Assembly: GCA_964252075.1 (NCBI GenBank)
Contig: CAXULY010000004.1
Location: 1 to 64,000 of the forward strand
Source of the DNA: an uncultured Deinococcaceae bacterium
GTDB taxonomy: Bacteria; Deinococcota; Deinococci; Deinococcales; Deinococcaceae
Direction: 5' to 3'
Length of the DNA: 64,000 nt
The number at the start of each line of letters is the position of its first letter. Positions within the stretch are counted from its first letter, which is position 1. Made by a program: the position numbers and the translations under genes. Shown in pieces: positions 1-12,638 of this stretch. The notes under the pieces were generated by a model. That model ran no database searches. It was not told the origin of the DNA and saw nothing but the letters and a program-made list of their open reading frames with translations.

Positions 1-55
<55 letters not shown>

Positions 56-218
56 TACTCTCTCCTCCAAGCGGTGGACAGTCACAACACAAGCCTCGCG
101 GTTGGGCCGCGTGTCCACATTGGCTTGATTCCCGCCGAGGGCCTGATGTCACCGACTCTGGTGACCCCGCCACTGCGGCACAATGCACCGACGCCTTTGC
201 TCGGCGCACCGACTGTAC

Positions 219-247
219 AGAATATGCCATCTTGGCCGAACCTTCAA
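219..247 (-). promoter_or_regulatory. Putative sigma70 promoter of tuf
   Basis: TTGAAG (247-242), 17 nt spacer, TATTCT (224-219). Confidence 0.6.
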
Positions 248-717
248 GTCCTCCGTCTCGCCGGCGCCTCGTCGTCCTCGGGCGGCTCGAACCCGCGTGC
301 GAATAGGTCGAGGGCCGCGTCATCCAGCTCGAAGGTGCTCGAGGGCAGGTCGAGGGTCCTGGCGCGCAGGCGCCGCCGCAATTCATCGATATCCACGTCC
401 AGGAAGTACAGCTGCACGTCTGCGCCCCAGGCCCTCCCCTGTCGCCGGGCGGCGTTCCGCTGCTCGCGCGTCCAGAAGCCCCAGTCCAGCACGACGTTCA
501 CGCCAAGCGCCAGGAGCCGCTTGGCCACGCCCCACTGCAGCGCCTGCACCTGCGCGAGCCGCGCGTCGAAGAGGTCGCGCGGCATGTGCTGACCGAACAG
601 CGGCACCATCCAAGCGTCCGTGTTCAGCGTGAAGGCGTGGTGCGTCCGCTCCAGCTCGCGCGCCAGGGTGGTCTTGCCCGCGCCGGGCAACCCGCACAGC
701 AAGAACAAGATGGGCAT
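244..717 (-). CDS. AAA_33-like P-loop kinase/ATPase
   Basis: MPILFLLCGLPGAGKTT Walker A and VVLDWGFW. TAAACT -10 just upstream. The track ORF overextends the start. Confidence 0.85.
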   Translation of the reverse strand: MPILFLLCGLPGAGKTTLARELERTHHAFTLNTDAWMVPLFGQHMPRDLFDARLAQVQALQWGVAKRLLALGVNVVLDWGFWTREQRNAARRQGRAWGADVQLYFLDVDIDELRRRLRARTLDLPSSTFELDDAALDLFARGFEPPEDDEAPARRRT

Positions 718-731
718 CACGGCAGAGTTTA

Positions 732-757
732 GGGCGCCCCCAGGACTGGGGGCGCCC
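732..757. terminator. GC hairpin between the two inserted genes
   Basis: gggcgcccccag..ctgggggcgccc. Confidence 0.5.
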
Positions 758-770
758 CGAGAGCATGGTG

Positions 771-1175
771 TCAGGCGGAGGTGTAGCGCTGCACTTCCGG
801 ATCGAAGGCGCCAATCAGGCCAAAGATCCCCAGGATGGTGCCGAAAGGGAAGCTCAGCAGGGACAGAATAAAAATGACGATGGACGCCACCCGTCCCCAG
901 CTCTTGCCGGACTGCACGGCGCGCAGCGTGAAGAACTGGAAGACCAGCCATGCGATGCCGATGATGAACGTCACCCACAAGGTGCCGCCCGTGAGCACCC
1001 GCGCGAACTGCAAACCCTGGAGGTCCTGTGCGGTGGTGGACGCGTCCGTGGCGGCGAGGTTCGCGATGGAGTTCACGGCGGTTCCGATGATGGGCAGGGC
1101 GATGAGGCTGAGCACGCCCAGCACGATGTTGATGATCAGGGGAATGGTCACCCACGAGAGTTTCTGCGGCTTCAT
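771..1175 (-). CDS. Small integral membrane protein
   Basis: 3-4 hydrophobic segments; TACATT 6 nt before the ATG. Confidence 0.8.
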   Translation of the reverse strand: MKPQKLSWVTIPLIINIVLGVLSLIALPIIGTAVNSIANLAATDASTTAQDLQGLQFARVLTGGTLWVTFIIGIAWLVFQFFTLRAVQSGKSWGRVASIVIFILSLLSFPFGTILGIFGLIGAFDPEVQRYTSA

Positions 1176-1315
1176 GGAATGAATGTACTACACATGTACA
1201 GCGCATGAAATGAGTGAGCGACTTGCCCTGCACCGCACCAATCGTCGGGAGCCTGACTTCCGAAGCGTTTGTGACAGGACCGATATAACAGCTCCATTCA
1301 TGGAGTGACGGACAA

Positions 1316-1348
1316 CGAAGAAGGGCCGCCCCAGTTGGGGCGGCCCTT
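1316..1348 (-). terminator. Intrinsic terminator after fusA
   Basis: aagggccgcccca/tggggcggccctt stem followed by pyrimidines on the minus strand. Confidence 0.75.
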
Positions 1349-1365
1349 GTCTGACCTTGTGAGTC

Positions 1366-3453
<2,088 letters not shown>

Positions 3454-3570
3454 GATGGCTCCCAATTCTCCCATTCGCCTTTTCGCACGAATGGGACGGC
3501 GATTGCCGTCCCTCTTCGTTTTCGTTCAGGCCACGGTTGGGTGGCCCTCTCTGCGATCACCAGCGAGGTC

Positions 3571-4041
<471 letters not shown>

Positions 4042-4053
4042 GTCCTAAACCCC

Positions 4054-4458
4054 TTACTTCTTCTTGGCGCCGGCCGCCGCCGCGCCCGCCTTGGGCTTCT
4101 TGGCGCCGTACTTGCTGCGGCTCTGCTTGCGGTCCTTCACGCCCTGGGTGTCGAGCGACCCGCGCACGATGTGGTAGCGCACACCGGGCAGGTCCTTGAC
4201 GCGGCCGCCGCGGATGAGCACCACGCTGTGCTCCTGCAGGTTGTGGCCTTCACCGGGGATGTAGGCGGTCACTTCGAAGCCGCTCGTGAGGCGCACGCGG
4301 GCGATCTTCCGGAGGGCCGAGTTGGGCTTCTTGGGGGTGGTGGTCTTTACGACCGAGCACACGCCGCGGCGGAAGGGGCTGCCTTTGAGGGCAGGCACCT
4401 TGGACTTTTTGCGCAGCGTCGCGCGGCCTTTGCGGAGAAGTTGCTGAACGGTTGGCAA
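4054..4458 (-). CDS. rpsL: 30S ribosomal protein S12 (TTG start)
   Basis: [26 protein letters not shown]. Confidence 0.99.
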   Translation of the reverse strand: MPTVQQLLRKGRATLRKKSKVPALKGSPFRRGVCSVVKTTTPKKPNSALRKIARVRLTSGFEVTAYIPGEGHNLQEHSVVLIRGGRVKDLPGVRYHIVRGSLDTQGVKDRKQSRSKYGAKKPKAGAAAAGAKKK

Positions 4459-4654
4459 GTAGCGATCACTTCCTTATCTGGTGCACAGTCTTGTCTGAAG
4501 AGACAGGTTCCGACCCACCCCCAGCGGTCAGCATGGTCCGCCCGCCTCAGCCGCATCACCTTCGCGTCGTGGCTGTCTGGCGCGGCGAACCCCCGCTTTC
4601 GAGGGTCTTGAGGAACGCCAGCGGCAACCCCCGCTGGCCTTTTCCAACCTATCC

Positions 4655-4683
4655 ATCTTATAAAAAACCCCCCATCCTTGCAA
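4655..4683 (-). promoter_or_regulatory. Putative str operon promoter
   Basis: TTGCAA (4683-4678), 17 nt spacer, TAAGAT (4660-4655). Confidence 0.7.
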
Positions 4684-4938
4684 GCGCGGGAGCGCCCAGT
4701 GGCGCCGCGCCGCTTGTCTAGCCGACGTCTAGAGGGTGCCTAGAAGACCAGACTGTGCCGCACGTCCCGCAGTTCTTATGCTCGGGGCACGGTACGTCAT
4801 TCGCTTCCTGGCCCGGTCAGCACCTCCGGGCGGTCCCCGGCGGACCGACTTTCTGCCCTGCCCCCTACATGCTGCCGGTGCAATCCGGCACCGGCAGCAA
4901 CTCCTGGTTCACGCCCGCTGCGGCCCACCGTCCGGCGC

Positions 4939-4968
4939 TTGACAATTTTCGAGACTCCTCGCTAAACT
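4939..4968 (+). promoter_or_regulatory. tRNA-Leu promoter
   Basis: TTGACA, 18 nt spacer, TAAACT. Confidence 0.7.
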
Positions 4969-4983
4969 CACTGAGCCTGAAAC

Positions 4984-5068
<85 letters not shown>

Positions 5069-5071
5069 CAC

Positions 5072-5100
5072 AAGCCCACTGCACATGCAGTGGGCTTTCT
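5072..5100 (+). terminator. Terminator after tRNA-Leu
   Basis: aagcccactgca..tgcagtgggctttct. Confidence 0.75.
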
Positions 5101-5142
5101 GCTGCCAAGGTTGCGCGCAACCGGGGGCATCGGCCCAGGGCC

Positions 5143-6285
5143 TCAGGCGGTGCGGGGCACGGCGCGCGCCGCGATCAGCCCTTCGTACAGCCGCAGGAGG
5201 CGTTCCGCCACCACCGGCGCGTCATGCAGCGCGGCGCTCGCGCGGGCACCCTCCTGCAATCCCGCAAGGGTGGTCGCGCTGCCCAGCACGCGCGCCATGC
5301 CGTCGGCCAGCGAGGACGCGCTCGCAGCGCACAGCACGCCATTCACGCCGTCCCGCACCAGATCGCTGGCGGCCGGGGAGTGCGCCACCACCAGCGGCAG
5401 GCCCGCCGCCAGGGCCTCCAGCATGCTCATGGGGAGCACCTCACTGACGCTCGCCGTCACGAAGGCGTCGGCGGCAGCCAGCATGCGCGGCACGTGCGCG
5501 TAATCCACGGCGCCCACAAAGCGCACCCCGGCGCCCGCCCGCCGCTCCAGCACCTCACGCTGCGGGCCGTCACCGACGACCAGCAGGGTGAGGTCCGGCA
5601 CCCGCCGCCGCGCCTGCTCGTGCGCGGCGAGCAGCACCCCGAGGTTCTTCTCGCCCGCCAGGCGCCCCAGGTACACCTGCACGGGCGCCTGCGGGTCGAG
5701 GTTCAGGGCGGCGCGCGCCGCGAGTCGGTCCAGGCCCGTGAAGGCCGAGACGTCCACCGGGTTCGCGAGCCGCATGACGGTCCCACGGTAACCGTACGCG
5801 CGCAGGGCGGCCTTCATGGCGCTGCCCGGTACCAGCACGCGGTCCGCCGCCTGCGCGAAGGCGCGCACGTGCCGACGCACCAGCGGGCGGCTCACGCGGC
5901 GCGGCATGCGGGCGTAATGCAGGTACTCGTGGTACTGCGTGTGCGCCGTGAACACCAGCGGCACCCGCAGGGCCCGCGCCCACGCCAGCGCCGTCTGGCC
6001 CGCCACGAAGGGATGCATGGTGTGCAGCACGTCCAGGTCCGACAGTGGCAGACCCGCCGACGCGCGGCCCGGCAGTGGCAGCAGCAGCGGGTAGTCCTGC
6101 GGCGCGCCGAACAGCATGCTCGGCAGGCGGTACACGTCCTCCTCGCTGCTGGCGCGCGGGTGCTGCGGAGCGAAGACCCGCACCTGATGCCCGAGCGCGC
6201 GCAGGGCCTGGGCCACCAGGGCGGTGCTGGTGGCCACGCCGTTTCGAGAGGGCAGGTAGGTGGCGGTGACGAGACCAATGCGCAA
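5143..6285 (-). CDS. GT4 family glycosyltransferase
   Basis: [28 protein letters not shown]-x7-E (EVLPMSMLE). Confidence 0.9.
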   Translation of the reverse strand: MRIGLVTATYLPSRNGVATSTALVAQALRALGHQVRVFAPQHPRASSEEDVYRLPSMLFGAPQDYPLLLPLPGRASAGLPLSDLDVLHTMHPFVAGQTALAWARALRVPLVFTAHTQYHEYLHYARMPRRVSRPLVRRHVRAFAQAADRVLVPGSAMKAALRAYGYRGTVMRLANPVDVSAFTGLDRLAARAALNLDPQAPVQVYLGRLAGEKNLGVLLAAHEQARRRVPDLTLLVVGDGPQREVLERRAGAGVRFVGAVDYAHVPRMLAAADAFVTASVSEVLPMSMLEALAAGLPLVVAHSPAASDLVRDGVNGVLCAASASSLADGMARVLGSATTLAGLQEGARASAALHDAPVVAERLLRLYEGLIAARAVPRTA

Positions 6286-6338
6286 CGTGTGCCCAGTCTA
6301 CCCTCCGGTCGCCGCGCCACTGCCGTATCCTCGTCGGC

Positions 6339-7043
6339 ATGACGTTGGTGATTCCTTGCGTGGACATTCAGGGGGGCCGGGCGGTGCGGCTGTACGAGGG
6401 TGACCCCGACCGTGAGACGGTGTACTTCAACTCGCCGCTGGACGCCGCGCGGCACTGGGCGGACCTTGGGGCGGGCCTGCTGCACGTGGTGGACCTCGAC
6501 GCCGCCACGGGGCGCGGCAGCAACGCGGCGGTGCTGAACGACGTGGTGGCGGGCCTGCCCGTGCCGGTCGAGGTGAGTGGCGGGGTGCGCAGCCGCGAGC
6601 GCGCGGCGGCCCTGCTGGAGGCGGGCGCGCACCGGGTGGTGATCGGCACCGCCGCCGTGAAGGACCCCGCCCTGGTGCCTGCGCTGCTGGAGGCGCACGG
6701 TCCGGAGCGGGTGGTGGTGAGCGTCGACGCCCGCTGGCCGGAAGTCGCGGTGTCCGGCTGGGCGCAAGGTGGTGGTGTCACGGTCGCGGACCTGTGCGCG
6801 CGCCTCGTGGACTCGGGACTGCTCACCCTGATTTTCACGGACGTGACGCGCGACGGCACGCTGCGTGGCCTGGACCGCGACCTGATGGCGAGCGTGCGCG
6901 CCTTGTGGCCGCACGAGCTGATCGTGGGGGGCGGCGTGGCGAACACGCAGGACCTCACGCTCTTGGACGAGTTGGGCGTGCAGGGCGCCATTGTGGGCCG
7001 CGCGCTGTACGAGGGGACCCTCCCCTACCCGCTCCCGGAATAA
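6339..7043 (+). CDS. hisA: ProFAR isomerase
   Basis: [36 protein letters not shown]. Confidence 0.95.
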   Translation: MTLVIPCVDIQGGRAVRLYEGDPDRETVYFNSPLDAARHWADLGAGLLHVVDLDAATGRGSNAAVLNDVVAGLPVPVEVSGGVRSRERAAALLEAGAHRVVIGTAAVKDPALVPALLEAHGPERVVVSVDARWPEVAVSGWAQGGGVTVADLCARLVDSGLLTLIFTDVTRDGTLRGLDRDLMASVRALWPHELIVGGGVANTQDLTLLDELGVQGAIVGRALYEGTLPYPLPE

Positions 7044-7054
7044 CGCTAGGCGGG

Positions 7055-7090
7055 GCGGGAGGGGCGGCCGTGCACGGCCGCCCCTCCCGC
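7055..7090. repeat. 36-bp perfect palindrome (terminator- or REP-like)
   Basis: gcgggaggggcggccgtg|cacggccgcccctcccgc. Confidence 0.7.
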
Positions 7091-7124
7091 TCTAGACACC
7101 CTGCCTGCCGTCATCAGAAAAAGT

Positions 7125-7153
7125 TTGACATCTCAAAACAATTTAACTAGGGT
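7125..7153 (+). promoter_or_regulatory. Promoter of the XRE/cupin/ABC operon
   Basis: TTGACA, 17 nt spacer, TAGGGT, in an AT-rich patch. Confidence 0.65.
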
Positions 7154-7201
7154 GAGCAGCAAGTTCACCTGTTCCTCACCCTTCACTCTGGAGGTCCGCA
7201 C

Positions 7202-7738
7202 GTGCAGATTGGACACCGCATTCGCGGCCGCAGACGACAGCTGGGGCTCACCCTCAAGACCCTCGGGGAGCGCAGCGGCCTCTCCGTCCCGTACCTCTCG
7301 CAGGTGGAACGCAATCAGGCGAACCCCACCGTCACCTCGCTCGCCAGCATCGCGCGCGCCCTCGGCGTGAGCCTGAACGCCTTCGTGCCGGACGACGTGC
7401 ACGAGACCGTCGTGACGCGCTCCGGCGCGGGAAGCTACCTGCAGGTGCAGGAACTCCCCTTCCGCATCAAGAGCCTCGCCGGGCGCGGCGAGGCCCTGCA
7501 GATGGAACCCCTCCTCATTCACGTGGAGCCGCACTTCAACTCGCCCGCCACCACGCACCTCGGCGAGGAATTCCTGTACGTGCTGCGCGGCACCCTGCAG
7601 CTCAAGGTGGGCGCCGAATGCCACACCCTGCAGACCGGCGACAGCGCCCAGCACCCCAGCACCCACCCGCACGCCTGGACGAACCCCACCGACAGCGAGA
7701 CGCTGCTCCTGTGGGTGGGCACGCCCCGGCTGTTTTAG
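7202..7738 (+). CDS. XRE-family HTH regulator with C-terminal cupin (PuuR-like)
   Basis: LSVPYLSQVERNQANPT helix-turn-helix; HLGEEFLYVLRG and PHAWTN cupin motifs. Confidence 0.92.
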   Translation: MQIGHRIRGRRRQLGLTLKTLGERSGLSVPYLSQVERNQANPTVTSLASIARALGVSLNAFVPDDVHETVVTRSGAGSYLQVQELPFRIKSLAGRGEALQMEPLLIHVEPHFNSPATTHLGEEFLYVLRGTLQLKVGAECHTLQTGDSAQHPSTHPHAWTNPTDSETLLLWVGTPRLF

Positions 7739-7755
7739 AAGAAAGGAGGACCTCT

Positions 7756-8034
7756 GTGGAACTGTTGCACCCCGCACAAGACCGACTGCGGTTCCAGGCC
7801 GTGCCCGCCCAGGTGGGTCAGCTGACCTTCCCGGCAGGCACCGTGCTGCCCGAAACCAGCCACGAGCAGGACGAGATCTCGTTCATTCACACGGGCCTGA
7901 TGCGCGCCGTGAGCGGCGGGCAGGAACACCTGCTGCGCGCGGGCGACGTGACCCTGATCCCCGCCGGCGAGCGCCACAGCGCGGAAGTGCTGGAGGAAGT
8001 CACGCTCAGTTACGTGCTGCTGGAGCGCCCGTGA
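7756..8034 (+). CDS. Stand-alone cupin-domain protein
   Basis: AGGAGG SD then GTG; SHEQDEISFI and IPAGERH. Confidence 0.85.
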   Translation: MELLHPAQDRLRFQAVPAQVGQLTFPAGTVLPETSHEQDEISFIHTGLMRAVSGGQEHLLRAGDVTLIPAGERHSAEVLEEVTLSYVLLERP

Positions 8035-8984
8035 GCGCCGGCTGGCTCACGCGGCGCGTGCTGCTGGGCCTGCTGGCGGCCTTCGGGGTGAGCGTCATTG
8101 TGTTCGCCCTGATCCGGCTGGTGCCGGGCGACGTGGTGACCAACCTGATCGGACTGGAAGGCAACGTGAGCGCCGAGCAGCAGGCCGAGATGCGCCGCCT
8201 GTTCGGCCTGGACCAGCCCCTGTGGGTGCAGTTCGGGCACTGGTTCGGGGCGCTCGTGCAGGGCAACCTGGGCGAGAGCCTCCGCACGCAGCGACCCGTC
8301 TTCGCGGACCTGCTGCTGCGCTTCCCCGTCACGCTGGAACTCAGCGTGCTGGCCCTGCTGTTCGCGGTGCTGATCGGCCTGCCGCTGGGCGTGCTGGCCG
8401 CCCTGAACCGCGGGAAGGCCGCCGACTTCCTATCCAGCGGCTTCGTGCTGGTGGGTCTCGCCGCGCCGGAGTTCTGGCTGGCGATCCTGCTGATCCTGCT
8501 GTTCAGCCTGAAGCTGCGCCTCTTCCCGCCGAACGGCTTCATTCCCCTGGGGGAAGCGCCCCTCGCGAACCTGCAGGCGATGTTCCTGCCCGCCCTGGCG
8601 CTCAGCCTGGGGCTCGCGGCAGCCGTGACGCGCATTGTGCGCGCCAGCCTGCTGGACGTGCTCTCGCAGGACTACGTGCGGACCGCGCGCGCCAAGGGCG
8701 TCACGGCGCGGCGCGTGGTGTACCGCCACGCCCTGCGCAACGCCCTGATTCCCGTCGTGACGGTCGTGGGCCTGCAGGTGGGGAACCTGCTGGGCGGCGC
8801 GGTCATCATCGAGCAGATCTTCGGCCTGCCGGGCGTGGGGCGCTACGCGCTGGAGGGCATCAACCTGCGCGACTACCCGGTCGTGCAGGGCGCCGTGCTG
8901 TGGATCGCCGTGAGTTACGTGCTGGTGAACGTGGCAGTGGACGTGCTGTACAGCCTGATTGACCGCCGGGTGGTGTACGCGTGA
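8031..8984 (+). CDS. Peptide/nickel ABC permease (DppB/OppB-like)
   Basis: DYVRTARAKG loop, RDYPVVQG. Confidence 0.93.
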   Translation: MSAGWLTRRVLLGLLAAFGVSVIVFALIRLVPGDVVTNLIGLEGNVSAEQQAEMRRLFGLDQPLWVQFGHWFGALVQGNLGESLRTQRPVFADLLLRFPVTLELSVLALLFAVLIGLPLGVLAALNRGKAADFLSSGFVLVGLAAPEFWLAILLILLFSLKLRLFPPNGFIPLGEAPLANLQAMFLPALALSLGLAAAVTRIVRASLLDVLSQDYVRTARAKGVTARRVVYRHALRNALIPVVTVVGLQVGNLLGGAVIIEQIFGLPGVGRYALEGINLRDYPVVQGAVLWIAVSYVLVNVAVDVLYSLIDRRVVYA

Positions 8985-9850
8985 CGGTCACGCAAGCCCC
9001 GGCCGTGCGCGTGCAGACGCCCGCGCGGCGCGCCCTGCGGCTGTTCCTGCGCTCGCCCAGCGGCATGGTGGGCCTCGCGCTGGTGCTGATTGTGGTGCTC
9101 GCCGCGCTGTTCGCGCCGTACGTGGCGCCGTACGACCCCATCCAGTACAACCCGGTGGACCGCATGCAGGGCCCCAGCCTGAAGCACCTGCTGGGCACCG
9201 ACCTGTACGGGCGCGACACCTTCTCCCGCGCGGTGTTCGGGAGTCGCGTGAGCCTCTCGGTGAGTGCGCTCAGCATCGCCCTCGCGCTGCTGGTGGGCGG
9301 CCTGCTGGGCGCCCTCGCGGGCTTCTACCTGCGGTGGGTGGACACCATCGTCATGCGTGTGAGTGACATCTTCCTGGCCTTCCCCGCCATCCTGCTCGCC
9401 ATTGCGCTGCTCGCCTTCCTGGGCGGCGGCTTCTGGAACCTGACCCTCGCCATCGCCGTGGCGTACACCGCGCCCTTCACGCGCGTGGTGCGCGCCGCAG
9501 TGCTGCGCACGCGCGACACCATGTACGTGGAGGCCAGCACCGCGCTGGGCGCCAGCGACCCCCGGCTGCTGTGGCGGCACGTGCTGCCCAACGCGCTCGG
9601 GCCGGTGCTGGTGGAGGTCACGCTGCGCCTCGCCTACGCCATCCTCGCCGAGGCCGCCCTGAGCTTCCTCGGCCTCGGCACCCAACCACCCGCCCCCGCC
9701 TGGGGGCAGATGATCGCGGACAGCCGCCCCTTCCTGGAGACCAACCCCTGGGCCTCCGTCGGCCCTGGCCTCGCCATCATGGTGACGGTGCTGGGTTTCA
9801 ACCTGCTGGGCGACGCCCTGCGCGACGTGCTGGACCCGAGACTGCGCTGA
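8981..9850 (+). CDS. Peptide/nickel ABC permease (DppC/OppC-like)
   Basis: HLLGTDLYGRD, EAALSFLGLG, FNLLGDALRDVLDPR. Confidence 0.93.
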   Translation: MTVTQAPAVRVQTPARRALRLFLRSPSGMVGLALVLIVVLAALFAPYVAPYDPIQYNPVDRMQGPSLKHLLGTDLYGRDTFSRAVFGSRVSLSVSALSIALALLVGGLLGALAGFYLRWVDTIVMRVSDIFLAFPAILLAIALLAFLGGGFWNLTLAIAVAYTAPFTRVVRAAVLRTRDTMYVEASTALGASDPRLLWRHVLPNALGPVLVEVTLRLAYAILAEAALSFLGLGTQPPAPAWGQMIADSRPFLETNPWASVGPGLAIMVTVLGFNLLGDALRDVLDPRLR

Positions 9851-9884
9851 ACCGAACGGCCCCACCGTGGGCACTGGAGGACCT

Positions 9885-11420
9885 ATGAAGCACCGCACCG
9901 CTGCCGCCCTCACCCTGATCACCCTCACGCTGGGCCTCGCGGCCCTCACCCCCGCCCTCGCGCAGACCTCCGGCGGCGTGCTGCGCGCCGGCATGCAGGC
10001 GGACCCGGTGGGCCTCGACCCGCACGTCACGCAGGCCACCAGCACCCGCAACCAGCTGGAGAACGTGTACGACACCCTCGTCGCCTTCGACGCCAGCGGC
10101 AAGATCGTGCCGTCCCTCGCGAGCCGCTGGACGACCAGCAAGGACAACCTCACCTGGACCTTCACCCTGCGGCCCGGCGTCAAGTTCCACAACGGCCGCG
10201 CGCTGGAAGCCAGCGACGTGGCGTTCTCCATCAACCGCATCAAGGACCCCGCCACCAAGTCCCCGCGCAGCGGCGACTTCGAACTCGTGAAGTCCATCAC
10301 CGCGCCGAACAAGCAGACGGTGGTCATCACACTTTCCAAGCCCTTCTCGCCGCTGCTCAGCAAGCTGGCCTTCAGCCTGAACGTCATCGTGCCCAAGGAG
10401 GCCGTCGCGACGCTGAACAGCAAGCCGGTCGGCACGGGGCCCTTCATGTTCAAGGAGTACGTCCCGCAGACCCGCATGGTGCTCGTGAAGAACCCGAACT
10501 TCTGGGGCCGCGACGCCAAAGGCAACAAGCTGCCGTACCTGGACGGCATCACGTACTCCTACCTGCCAGACGCCACCGCCCGCGTGACGGCCCTGCGCAC
10601 CGGCACCGTGGACTGGATCGAGTACGTGCCCGCCACGGACGTGAAGAGCCTGCAGGGCAACGCGCAGGTGAGCATCGAGGGCGGTCCGAGCGCCAACTAC
10701 CGCGCGCTGTTCTTCAACACCGCCGTGAAGCCCCTGAACGACCCGCGCGTGCGCCGCGCCATCGCGTACGCCCTGAACAACCAGGAGATCGTGGACGTCG
10801 CGCTGCTCGGCACGGGCGGCCTGCCCGCGCAGGGCACCGTGCTGCCCAAAGGCAACTACTACGCCGCGCCGGACGCCAGCTACGGCAAGCCGAACCTCGA
10901 CAAGGCCCGCGCCCTCCTGAAGGAAGCCGGGTACGCGAACGGCTTCCCGCTGGACCTGAAGGTCACGAGCACCTACGACTTCCTCCGCACGCCCGCCGAG
11001 ATCATCCAGGCGCAGCTCGCGCCCCTTGGCATCAAGGTGAACATCACGGCGCTGGAGTGGAGCGTGTACCTGCCGGACATCCTGAAGAAGAACTACACCG
11101 CCACCATCCTGGGCGAGAGCGGCCAGGGCGACCCGGACGATTACCTGTTCACGCCTTTCGCGAGCGACTCCGGCGGGAACCTCACGAACTTCAAGGACGC
11201 CACCGTCGACAAGCTGCTCGACCAGGGCCGCGCGGCCAGCACGAACGCCGCCCGCAAAGCCATCTACACGCAGGTGCAGAAGCGCCTCGTGGACCTCAGC
11301 CCCATGGTCTTCCTGTACTCCAGCACGCAGTACGAGGCGGCCAGCAAGCGCGTGCAGGGCTACGACCACTTCCCGAACACCAGCTACCTGGGCCTGCGCA
11401 CCACCTGGCTCAGCAAGTAA
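9885..11420 (+). CDS. ABC substrate-binding protein, family 5 (DppA/OppA-like)
   Basis: Signal peptide ending ALA; LRPGVKFHNG, PVGTGPF. Confidence 0.93.
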   Translation: MKHRTAAALTLITLTLGLAALTPALAQTSGGVLRAGMQADPVGLDPHVTQATSTRNQLENVYDTLVAFDASGKIVPSLASRWTTSKDNLTWTFTLRPGVKFHNGRALEASDVAFSINRIKDPATKSPRSGDFELVKSITAPNKQTVVITLSKPFSPLLSKLAFSLNVIVPKEAVATLNSKPVGTGPFMFKEYVPQTRMVLVKNPNFWGRDAKGNKLPYLDGITYSYLPDATARVTALRTGTVDWIEYVPATDVKSLQGNAQVSIEGGPSANYRALFFNTAVKPLNDPRVRRAIAYALNNQEIVDVALLGTGGLPAQGTVLPKGNYYAAPDASYGKPNLDKARALLKEAGYANGFPLDLKVTSTYDFLRTPAEIIQAQLAPLGIKVNITALEWSVYLPDILKKNYTATILGESGQGDPDDYLFTPFASDSGGNLTNFKDATVDKLLDQGRAASTNAARKAIYTQVQKRLVDLSPMVFLYSSTQYEAASKRVQGYDHFPNTSYLGLRTTWLSK

Positions 11421-11432
11421 GCGCGAAACGCA

Positions 11433-11460
11433 AGGGGGCGGCCCAGCACGGGCCGCCCCT
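11433..11460. terminator. Hairpin between convergent genes
   Basis: ggggcggccc..gggccgcccc. Confidence 0.6.
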
Positions 11461-11462
11461 GC

Positions 11463-12581
11463 TCATTGTCGGCGCCGCCGCCGGATGGTGCCTGCCAGCC
11501 CGAACACCTCCAGCACCAGCACGGCGGGCACCGCGAGCAGGCCCAGCAGTGCGCTTAGCAGCACCCCCACGAGGCCCGGCCTGCGGGACGGCAGCGCGCT
11601 CGCGGGTGGGGGCGCTGGCTCCGGCGGCGGGGGCGGCGCGGACGCCCCCGCCCGGCGCTCCTGGTGGCTGGGCGTGGGATCCACCGCGCCGCCCTGCGCG
11701 GCCACCGCCGCCTTCTTGTCCGGGTTCTGTGCGCCGCCCGCGCGGCTGCCCTGGTGCTGCGAGTACGTCCACGTGACCTCCGCGCCGAAGAAGAAGATCA
11801 GCGCGGAGTAGTACAACCACAGCAGCAGGATGAACAGCGAGCTGGCCGCCCCGTACACGCTGCCCGGCGCGGTGCGGCCCAGGTACACGCCGATGGCGAC
11901 CTGACCGAGCGTGAAGAGCGCCGCCGTGACGCCCGCCCCCACCCACACCTCCCGCCACTGCAGTTTGATGTCCGGCAGGAACTTGAAGACCGCCGCGAAC
12001 ACAGGCGTGAACAGCAGTGCGGAGAACAGGAACGTCCCGATCCGCACGAAGAACGCCCCGAAGCCAATCACATCCCCCAGCCGCTCCGCGATGGCGGACA
12101 GGTAGGTGTTGCCCACCAGAAACACAATGATGAGCGCCCCGAACACCAGCACCATCACGAACGAGATGATGCGCGTCAGGATGATGCGCCAGATGCTCTG
12201 CGGCGGCGGCGGGTTCGAGCCCCACAGGCTGTTCAGCGCCGACTGAATCTGCACGAAGAAGGCCGTGGTCGTGAGGAACAGCGTGACCGCGCCGATGATC
12301 GTGGCGAGCGTGCCCGCGCGCGGACTCGCCACGTTCTGAATGAGGCCAATTAGGAAGTTCGCGGTGGCCGCCCCCAGGCTCTGCTGCACCGTCCCATAAA
12401 TCTGCGCTTTCACCTCGTCCTGACTCACGAAGAGGCTGCCGACCGACACGAACAGGAACAGCAGCGGCGCGATGCTGCTGATCGCGTAGTACGCGAGCGC
12501 CGCCGCCAGTCGAGGCGCGTTGTCCTGCGAGAACGCCAGGTAGGAATCGCGGACCAACAACCCCAGGTTTTTCAGCCTCAC
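11463..12581 (-). CDS. YihY/BrkB family inner membrane protein
   Basis: [36 protein letters not shown] 6 nt before the GTG. Confidence 0.9.
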   Translation of the reverse strand: MRLKNLGLLVRDSYLAFSQDNAPRLAAALAYYAISSIAPLLFLFVSVGSLFVSQDEVKAQIYGTVQQSLGAATANFLIGLIQNVASPRAGTLATIIGAVTLFLTTTAFFVQIQSALNSLWGSNPPPPQSIWRIILTRIISFVMVLVFGALIIVFLVGNTYLSAIAERLGDVIGFGAFFVRIGTFLFSALLFTPVFAAVFKFLPDIKLQWREVWVGAGVTAALFTLGQVAIGVYLGRTAPGSVYGAASSLFILLLWLYYSALIFFFGAEVTWTYSQHQGSRAGGAQNPDKKAAVAAQGGAVDPTPSHQERRAGASAPPPPPEPAPPPASALPSRRPGLVGVLLSALLGLLAVPAVLVLEVFGLAGTIRRRRRQ

Positions 12582-12638
12582 GCCCGCAGTGTAAGGAGTC
12601 CGGAGCCCGCCCCCCATGTGCGGTGCGTTCAGGTGCGC

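Noticed and set aside
3493..3513. Hairpin between rpsG and fusA as a terminator
   Set aside because: No U-tract in the sense direction; more likely a stability or processing stem
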